A DNA stretch of 64,000 nt, taken from Candidatus Harrisonbacteria bacterium. Lineage in GTDB: Bacteria > Patescibacteriota > Minisyncoccia > UBA6257 > UBA11618. The stretch's first letter is position 1. Each line of letters opens with the position of its first letter. The notes below the pieces were generated by a model. That model was not told the DNA's origin. It saw only the letters and a list, made by a program, of their open reading frames with translations, and did no database searches. Shown in pieces: positions 58,237-64,000 of this stretch. The stretch lies in contig VGJO01000001.1 in the NCBI GenBank assembly GCA_016867415.1, positions 7,823-71,822 of the forward strand, given 5' to 3'. Made by a program: the position numbers and the translations under genes.

Positions 58237-58500
58237 TTACTTAATCTTCGAAATAGCCTTAGTCAGACGAGATTTCAATCTTGCCGCCTTATTCTTCTTA
58301 ATAAGATTCGTCTTCGCCGCCTTATCGAGCTTCTTATAGACTATTGGCAAGTTCTTTAAAGCCTCATCTTTCTTAGAAGAAGCTGTACTCTTGCGCACTT
58401 CTCGGATTAAGTCTTTCAAGACCTTCCGCTGGCTGTCATTATGCTCTCTCCGGGTCTTATTTTTCCGGATATTCTTTTTCGCTGTTCGTGTATTTGGCAT
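58237..58500 (-). CDS. rpsT: 30S ribosomal protein S20
   Basis: MPNTRTAKK, LDKAAK, IKKNKAARLKSRL. Confidence 0.96.
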   Translation of the reverse strand: MPNTRTAKKNIRKNKTRREHNDSQRKVLKDLIREVRKSTASSKKDEALKNLPIVYKKLDKAAKTNLIKKNKAARLKSRLTKAISKIK

Positions 58501-58584
58501 TTGTCCAATATAATAAACATCTTTCTCTAAAAAATCAAGCTTCCTTTAATTTCTAATTATTTTCCAGTAAAGTTAGTCATAATA

Positions 58585-59172
58585 ATGATCTATAGTCTTT
58601 CTGGTAAAATAACAAAAATAACCGATTCCTACGCCGTTATAAATGTCTCCGGTGTCGGCTATAAAGTTTTCATTCCCAAGCGCACCGCCGACTTTTTACG
58701 CTCCTCCGCCCTTTCCGAAACCACGCTCTATACCTATCTTGCCGTAAAAGATGATGCCCTTGACCTCTATGGCTTTCTCGAAGACTATGAACTCGCTTTT
58801 TTTGAAAAGCTCATCTCGGTAAATGGCGTTGGTCCCAAAAGCGCGCAGGGGATAATGTCTATCTCGAGCGTCGATGAGCTTGTTGGCGCGATTGTGAGCG
58901 AGAGAGTTGAGCTTCTCACCCGCGCCTCCGGCATCGGAAAGAAGACCGCCGAGCGCATTATTCTCGAGCTTCGCGGTCGTCTCGAGCATCTCGGAGAGCA
59001 AGCCTCCGTCACCTCTCTTGAAAACGATCTTGAGCTCGAAGAAGTGCTTTCTGGCCTAGGTTACAGCCGCTTTGATATAAAGAAACTCCTTAGTGAAAAT
59101 AAAGAAAAAATTACCGGCGACACCCTCCAAATCCGCTTAAAGTCCGCCTTAAAGCTTCTTAAAAAACAATGA
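58585..59172 (+). CDS. ruvA: Holliday junction DNA-binding protein RuvA
   Basis: GVGY, LYGF, ISVNGVGPKSA, GIGKKTAERIILEL. Confidence 0.96.
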   Translation: MIYSLSGKITKITDSYAVINVSGVGYKVFIPKRTADFLRSSALSETTLYTYLAVKDDALDLYGFLEDYELAFFEKLISVNGVGPKSAQGIMSISSVDELVGAIVSERVELLTRASGIGKKTAERIILELRGRLEHLGEQASVTSLENDLELEEVLSGLGYSRFDIKKLLSENKEKITGDTLQIRLKSALKLLKKQ

Positions 59173-60371
59173 TCCTCATAAACTTTTTGCGCAAAATCGC
59201 TCGCAAGACCGGCCTCATTAGTCTCTATCATTACGCGTGGGCGCTTGGCTCCGCCATCCTCTATGGCTTCCCTGGCAAGGACCTCGTCGTGATCGGTGTC
59301 ACGGGTACGAAAGGCAAGACTACTACCATCTCCCTTCTTAAGCATATCTTTGAATATGCCGGCCACCCCTCCGCCATGGTTACTTCCTCCGATATCTGCA
59401 TAGAGGATCAGTGTGAAAAAAATCTTCTGGGTAATTCCATGCCCGGCCGATTTTTTCTCCAAAAATTTCTCGCTCGCGCCAAGCGCGCCGGCGTAGAATA
59501 TGTCTTCGTCGAAGTCACTTCCGAAGGTGTCCGTTTCTTTCGTAATTATTTCCTCCACTTTTCTGGAGCGGTCTTTCTAAATCTTACTAAAGAACACATT
59601 GAGTCTCATGGTTCTTTTGAAAAATATAAAGACGCCAAACTCTCTTTTTTCCGCCGGGCCAAAAAAGAAAATTCCTCTACCAAATTTTTCATAAACAAAA
59701 ATGACTATTTTTCCTCCAAGTTTCTTCTCGCCGCGGGAGGCCAAGCTTTTATTTTTGAAAAAAGCGATCTAGAAAGCCAGCTCTTTGGTGAGCATAATAA
59801 GTGTAATATCGGCGCGGCTACGAGTGTCGCTCACGCCTTTGATATTAATGAATCCCTTATCGAAGAAGCCACCGCAAGTTTTCCTGGAGTCTCTGGCCGG
59901 ATGGATCTTGTCTTTAATAAAGATTTCAAGGTCTTTGTAGATTATGCCCACACCCCAGATTCTCTCTGGGCCGCTTTAGTAGCTGGAGAGGAACAGGCGA
60001 AAAAAAATATTCTAGTAGTAATCGGTGCCGCCGGTGGTGGTCGGGATCGTTGGAAGCGAAAAGAAATTGGTAAAGTAGCCGCTACGTTTGCTAATACTGT
60101 CGTGATCACGAATGAAGATCCTTTTGATGAAGATCCTCGTGCCATCATGGAAGAAATTAATGCCGGTGCCCTTGAGGTCATCGAGAAAAAAGACCACGTC
60201 CGAATAATCGAAGACCGTAAAGAGGCAATTCTCTTTGCCCTTAAAGAAGCGAAAAAAGGTGACGTTGTCCTCGTGACTGGTAAAGGCAGCGAACCCTGGA
60301 TCCGGGTAAAAAATGGTAAAAAAATCCCCTGGAGCGACCATCAAATTATCCACGACTTTTTCAAAAAATAG
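59169..60371 (+). CDS. murE: MurE-like Mur ligase
   Basis: GVTGTKGKTT, EVTSEG, NLTKEH, GRMD, VDYAHTPD, GGGRDRWKR, EDP, GKGSE; lacks the N-terminal domain. Confidence 0.85.
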   Translation: MILINFLRKIARKTGLISLYHYAWALGSAILYGFPGKDLVVIGVTGTKGKTTTISLLKHIFEYAGHPSAMVTSSDICIEDQCEKNLLGNSMPGRFFLQKFLARAKRAGVEYVFVEVTSEGVRFFRNYFLHFSGAVFLNLTKEHIESHGSFEKYKDAKLSFFRRAKKENSSTKFFINKNDYFSSKFLLAAGGQAFIFEKSDLESQLFGEHNKCNIGAATSVAHAFDINESLIEEATASFPGVSGRMDLVFNKDFKVFVDYAHTPDSLWAALVAGEEQAKKNILVVIGAAGGGRDRWKRKEIGKVAATFANTVVITNEDPFDEDPRAIMEEINAGALEVIEKKDHVRIIEDRKEAILFALKEAKKGDVVLVTGKGSEPWIRVKNGKKIPWSDHQIIHDFFKK

Positions 60372-60544
60372 TTTTTGTTTCACTGAAAATTTTATTTAAT
60401 AAGGATAATCGTTTCAGCTCCGCGCATGATTTTTTGTCCCTATGATGAGTCTCCGCTAGGAATAGTAGGCTTTAAAAGAAAAAATCAAAGCTTTATTTAA
60501 GAATGAATAAAAAAAGATAAAGTGAACGAAAATAAGTAAGTATT

Positions 60545-60624
60545 AGCAGGAGGTATACATAATCAGTATGTTGACGAGCAAACGAAAGCTTAGACATGCG
60601 TCAGAGGAAAAAAAGACAAGCGCC
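60545..60624 (+). repeat. Right half of a family 1 subtype b element
   Basis: GGAGGTATAC-loop-GTATGTTGACGAGCAAACG..GAGGAAAAAAAGACAAGCGCC closely matches 19610-19682. Confidence 0.75.
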
Positions 60625-60652
60625 TAAAATAGCTCATGGTAAAATTAAGGAG

Positions 60653-62002
60653 ATGAAACTCAGATTTATTGGAGGAGCCGGCGAGGTCACTGGTGCCTGC
60701 TATCTTCTCGAAGGTACAGCAACCAAAATCCTAATCGACTGTGGCCTCCGTCAAGGCAGCGCCGAGACAGAAATAAAAAACTGGAATCCTTTCCCTTTTC
60801 CACCCGAATCCCTTGATGCGGTTCTAATCACTCACTCTCATATTGATCACATAGGCCTTCTTCCGCGACTTTCTCGTGGTAATTTTCGTGCCAAGATTTT
60901 TTCCACCGAACCCTGCCGGGAGTTTTCTGAAATCCTCCTCTTTGATTCTATGCGTCTTATTAATGAAGATGGTCTTCGTCGCGGCCTCGGTGAGCTTTAT
61001 ACAGAATCCAATATTTATAAAGCCATGGATCACTGGCAAGCCGTGGAGTATTACAAGACTTTCACGATTGGAGAGTTTTCTATCACTTTTTATAATGCCG
61101 GCCACATTCTTGGCTCTTCTTTTATTCTTGTGACCGATGGGAAAAAAAGGATCGTCTTTTCTGGAGATCTGGGTAATAGCCCCGCTCCACTTATCGGTAG
61201 CAAAGATTCCCTTCCCTATTGTGACTACTGCTTGATCGAATCCGCATATGGCGATCGCCTCCACGAAAATTCTCTTTCCCGCCGCGAAATAATTGAGGAC
61301 GTTATCGAAGATGTGGTTCTGAGTAAGGGTGTTCTCCTTATTCCGTCCTTCGCTATGGAACGCACCCAGCAACTCTTATTTGAAATAGATCAGCTCTTTG
61401 AAGAGGGAAGAGTGCCTCGCGTCCCGGTGTATGTCGATAGCCCTCTTGCCTTAAAGCTTACCGAAGTCTACAAGCGCTTTAAGAAATATTGGAGCGGCGA
61501 AACGCAGATGTTAAAATCCTCCGATGGATCGCTCTTTAGTTTTTCTGGTCTCCATAAATCATTTTCTAGTGAAGATTCAAAAAGAATTGACACTGCTCCG
61601 AATCCTAAAGTAATTATTGCTGGTTCTGGTATGTCTCATGGCGGCCGGATCCTCCGTCATGAAAAACTCTATCTCAATAATCCTCGAACATTTCTCTTCA
61701 TTGTCGGCTATCAAGGAATTGGTTCTATTGGCCGCGCTATTTTAGAAGGAAAAAAATCCATTAAAATCCAAGGTGAGGAAGTATCTATTCAGGCCAAAGT
61801 AGTAGCAACGAGCGGCTATAGCGCTCACGCCGATCAAGCCCAGCTTCTTGCATGGTTAAAGCCCCAGAGTCAGGGTATGCGCCAAGTATTTATTGTCCAA
61901 GGAGAGGCTTTGAGTGGTGTTGCTCTCGCAGTAAAGATTAGAGATGAACTTGCTCTTGATGCTATTATCCCCAAAGAAAATGAAGTCCGTGATATTATCT
62001 AA
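60653..62002 (+). CDS. MBL-fold beta-CASP ribonuclease
   Basis: GGAGEVTG, THSHIDHIG, AGHILGS, FSGDLG, SGMSHGGRI, YSAHAD; AAGGAG RBS before 60653. Confidence 0.93.
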   Translation: MKLRFIGGAGEVTGACYLLEGTATKILIDCGLRQGSAETEIKNWNPFPFPPESLDAVLITHSHIDHIGLLPRLSRGNFRAKIFSTEPCREFSEILLFDSMRLINEDGLRRGLGELYTESNIYKAMDHWQAVEYYKTFTIGEFSITFYNAGHILGSSFILVTDGKKRIVFSGDLGNSPAPLIGSKDSLPYCDYCLIESAYGDRLHENSLSRREIIEDVIEDVVLSKGVLLIPSFAMERTQQLLFEIDQLFEEGRVPRVPVYVDSPLALKLTEVYKRFKKYWSGETQMLKSSDGSLFSFSGLHKSFSSEDSKRIDTAPNPKVIIAGSGMSHGGRILRHEKLYLNNPRTFLFIVGYQGIGSIGRAILEGKKSIKIQGEEVSIQAKVVATSGYSAHADQAQLLAWLKPQSQGMRQVFIVQGEALSGVALAVKIRDELALDAIIPKENEVRDII

Positions 62003-62025
62003 GTAAAATATTTCCATTTATTATC

Positions 62026-62631
62026 ATGCCTTCTACCAAAGGTCTCCCATCTCTCAAAAAAGTAATTCGGGAAGTGAATCGCAGTAAATATAAGATCTGT
62101 GTCTCCGGTGCCGCGGAGACTGGTCACTGCAGCGCCGAAGCCTTAAAAAATGCTGAGCTTATTGGTCGAGAGATTGCCAAAGCCGGTATTGTCTTAGTGA
62201 CCGGCGCCACCACTGGCACCCCTTATTGGGCTGCCAAAGGTGCTAAAAGCGAAGGTGGATTTGTTGTTGGTATTTCTCCAGCCACCTCCGAAGCCGCCCA
62301 TATCAAGTCTTACCGCCTTCCTATCGACTACCATGATATGATTATCTATACTGGTTTTGATTACTCCGGTCGCAATCTCCTTCTTACTCGTTCCGCCGAC
62401 GCCATCATCACGATCTGCGGTCGCGTAGGCACGCTCAATGAATTCACTATCGGCTTTGAAGATAATAAACCCGCTGGCGTCTTAGAAGGTTCTGGTGGCG
62501 CCGCCGATCATATTCAGTCCTGGCTGAAAGAGCTCCATCGAGGATTAGGTAAGACCGTTTTTTCTAGTGATCCAAAAGAGCTTCTTCGTTTAGTGATTGG
62601 GATGATTGATGAAGAAAAAATCCGAGAGTAA
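62026..62631 (+). CDS. LOG/SLOG family Rossmann-fold protein
   Basis: LVTGATTG, GRNLLL, GRVGTLNEF. Confidence 0.85.
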   Translation: MPSTKGLPSLKKVIREVNRSKYKICVSGAAETGHCSAEALKNAELIGREIAKAGIVLVTGATTGTPYWAAKGAKSEGGFVVGISPATSEAAHIKSYRLPIDYHDMIIYTGFDYSGRNLLLTRSADAIITICGRVGTLNEFTIGFEDNKPAGVLEGSGGAADHIQSWLKELHRGLGKTVFSSDPKELLRLVIGMIDEEKIRE

Positions 62632-63759
62632 ATGACTCCTTTCGTAAAGGATAAGGTATTGCCCACTTCAATCATGGTTAGCTCCTTGATTGGCGCTGGT
62701 ATTTTTTCACTGCCCTATATTGTAAGTCAAATTGGTTTTTTATTTTCTCTTCTTCTTCTCCTCATCGCTTTCATTACCATGCTCTCTTCCTCGTTCTTTT
62801 ATGCCGAGCTCCTTAAAAATAATGTTGATTCGGGAAATATTATTAGCCTAGCTCATCGCTACTTCGGCCGAGAGGGGAGTATTATCGCTTTCTGTATCTC
62901 TGTTTTTCAGATGATTATTGGTCTTATGATTTATCTTGTCCTTGGAGAAAAATTTCTCTCTGTAATTATCCCGGGCAATCCTTTTAATTGGACATATCTC
63001 TATATTTTAGCCACTCCATTAATCTTCATTTCTCTTCGCCGATTAGAAGAATTAGAGTTTGTTATTGCTTTTGGAAAAGTAAGTGTAATTTTCCTTATCT
63101 TTTTTTTCTCTCTCTCACTTGTAAATCCCGCAACTTATTTCCCTGTGGAGATTCAACTGCCTTTCTCGCGCCTCTTCCTTTTTTTAGGGCCAATGCTTTT
63201 TGCCTTAAATGGGCGCGTTGCCATCGCTGAAATTTTAAGAGTGGTTAATAAACGTCTTTATCTTACGAAAGCGGCAATTGGTAAGGGTTTATGCATTGTA
63301 GCTCTAGCATATCTTATCTTCTCCTATGCAGTAGTGATCGGAAGCCCGATCGTTTCAAGTGATACCATCACTGGTCTTACCACATCTTTCCCTCTTGTTA
63401 TTTTTGTTATCATTGCGGCTTTGGGTTGGTGCAATATGTGGAGTTCATATGTTCTTTTTGGATATGAAATAAACGATGTTTTAAAACTCGATTTCAAATT
63501 CCGTCCTCTCCTCCGCTTTTTTCTTATTGCCACGTTGCCCATATTTTTCTTTTATCTGGGTTTTAAAGACTTTTTAGGATTAGTTGGTTTTGCTGGTGGT
63601 ATCCTAGGCTCCTGTGAAGGTTTTTTCATCGGCTGCATGTACCTGAAGCATAAAAAGTATCAATTTTCTCCCGCTCTCGCTTTCACTCTTATTGTTTTCT
63701 CTTCGGTTTTCCTAGTAGAAATAGCAAATTATCTAGGATATTTTCCCCAGGTGGGGTAA
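62632..63759 (+). CDS. Aromatic amino acid permease-like transporter
   Basis: IGAGIFSLPY motif, about 11 TM helices. Confidence 0.85.
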   Translation: MTPFVKDKVLPTSIMVSSLIGAGIFSLPYIVSQIGFLFSLLLLLIAFITMLSSSFFYAELLKNNVDSGNIISLAHRYFGREGSIIAFCISVFQMIIGLMIYLVLGEKFLSVIIPGNPFNWTYLYILATPLIFISLRRLEELEFVIAFGKVSVIFLIFFFSLSLVNPATYFPVEIQLPFSRLFLFLGPMLFALNGRVAIAEILRVVNKRLYLTKAAIGKGLCIVALAYLIFSYAVVIGSPIVSSDTITGLTTSFPLVIFVIIAALGWCNMWSSYVLFGYEINDVLKLDFKFRPLLRFFLIATLPIFFFYLGFKDFLGLVGFAGGILGSCEGFFIGCMYLKHKKYQFSPALAFTLIVFSSVFLVEIANYLGYFPQVG

Positions 63760-63772
63760 ACTAAAGAAAGTT

Positions 63773-64000
63773 ATGAGTCTTTACTTAGTTGGTATTTTTC
63801 TCATTCGGAGTTTTGTATTCAGGATTTTTGGGTTCTTTCATCACTGGTATGGCCATACTTTTATCATTCTCCGACGCATAATTGACCGCTTCCCTTCAGG
63901 AAGTGCTTCTCGTTTTTGCGTCTCAATTCTCCTTTTCTTTTTTTATTGTCTCTGGTCGATGATTCCTCTGTATCTCATCCTCCGTTTTTTCTATGAGGTA
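63773..64000 (+). CDS. Small membrane protein (runs to window edge)
   Basis: Manual translation MSLYLVGIFLIRSFVFRIFGFFHHWYGHT..., open to position 64000. Confidence 0.6.
   Translation, partial: MSLYLVGIFLIRSFVFRIFGFFHHWYGHTFIILRRIIDRFPSGSASRFCVSILLFFFYCLWSMIPLYLILRFFYEV

Noticed and set aside
3063-60624. Dispersed repeats as a CRISPR array
   Set aside because: Copies are kilobases apart and divergent; no repeat-spacer periodicity and no cas genes.

Overview
A 64-kb chromosomal segment whose gene set and gene forms point to a Patescibacteria (CPR, Parcubacteria-like) bacterium; this assignment is inferred. Housekeeping genes include ftsH, a Xer recombinase, gyrA, rpsA, rpsO, pnp, topA, dprA, uvrD, rsmA, the jag-yidC-rnpA-rpmH-dnaA-dnaN origin cluster, a class A PBP, ruvA/B/C, a split polA, mutM and a MurE-like ligase. 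There are two tRNAs (Leu-UAG, Ile-GAU), VirB2-like pilins, a VirB6/PrgI/VirB4 T4SS-like cluster and type IV pilus/competence genes. The most unusual content is intergenic. (1) A ~600-nt, heavily base-paired transcription unit with its own near-consensus sigma70 promoter and terminator (18.9-19.5 kb) lies divergent from an orphan Zn-finger/HTH protein. (2) Two or three further orphan structured RNA units share the same promoter plus boxA-like leader. (3) Several families of dispersed, structure-conserved hairpin elements occur, one in about 12 copies all on the + strand with compensatory base changes. (4) Smaller items are a perfect 31-bp palindrome just upstream of the Xer gene, a ~155-bp element flanked by a duplicated tRNA 3' end, and a DGR-type reverse-transcriptase remnant. 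All product calls come from motif recognition by eye; no searches were run.
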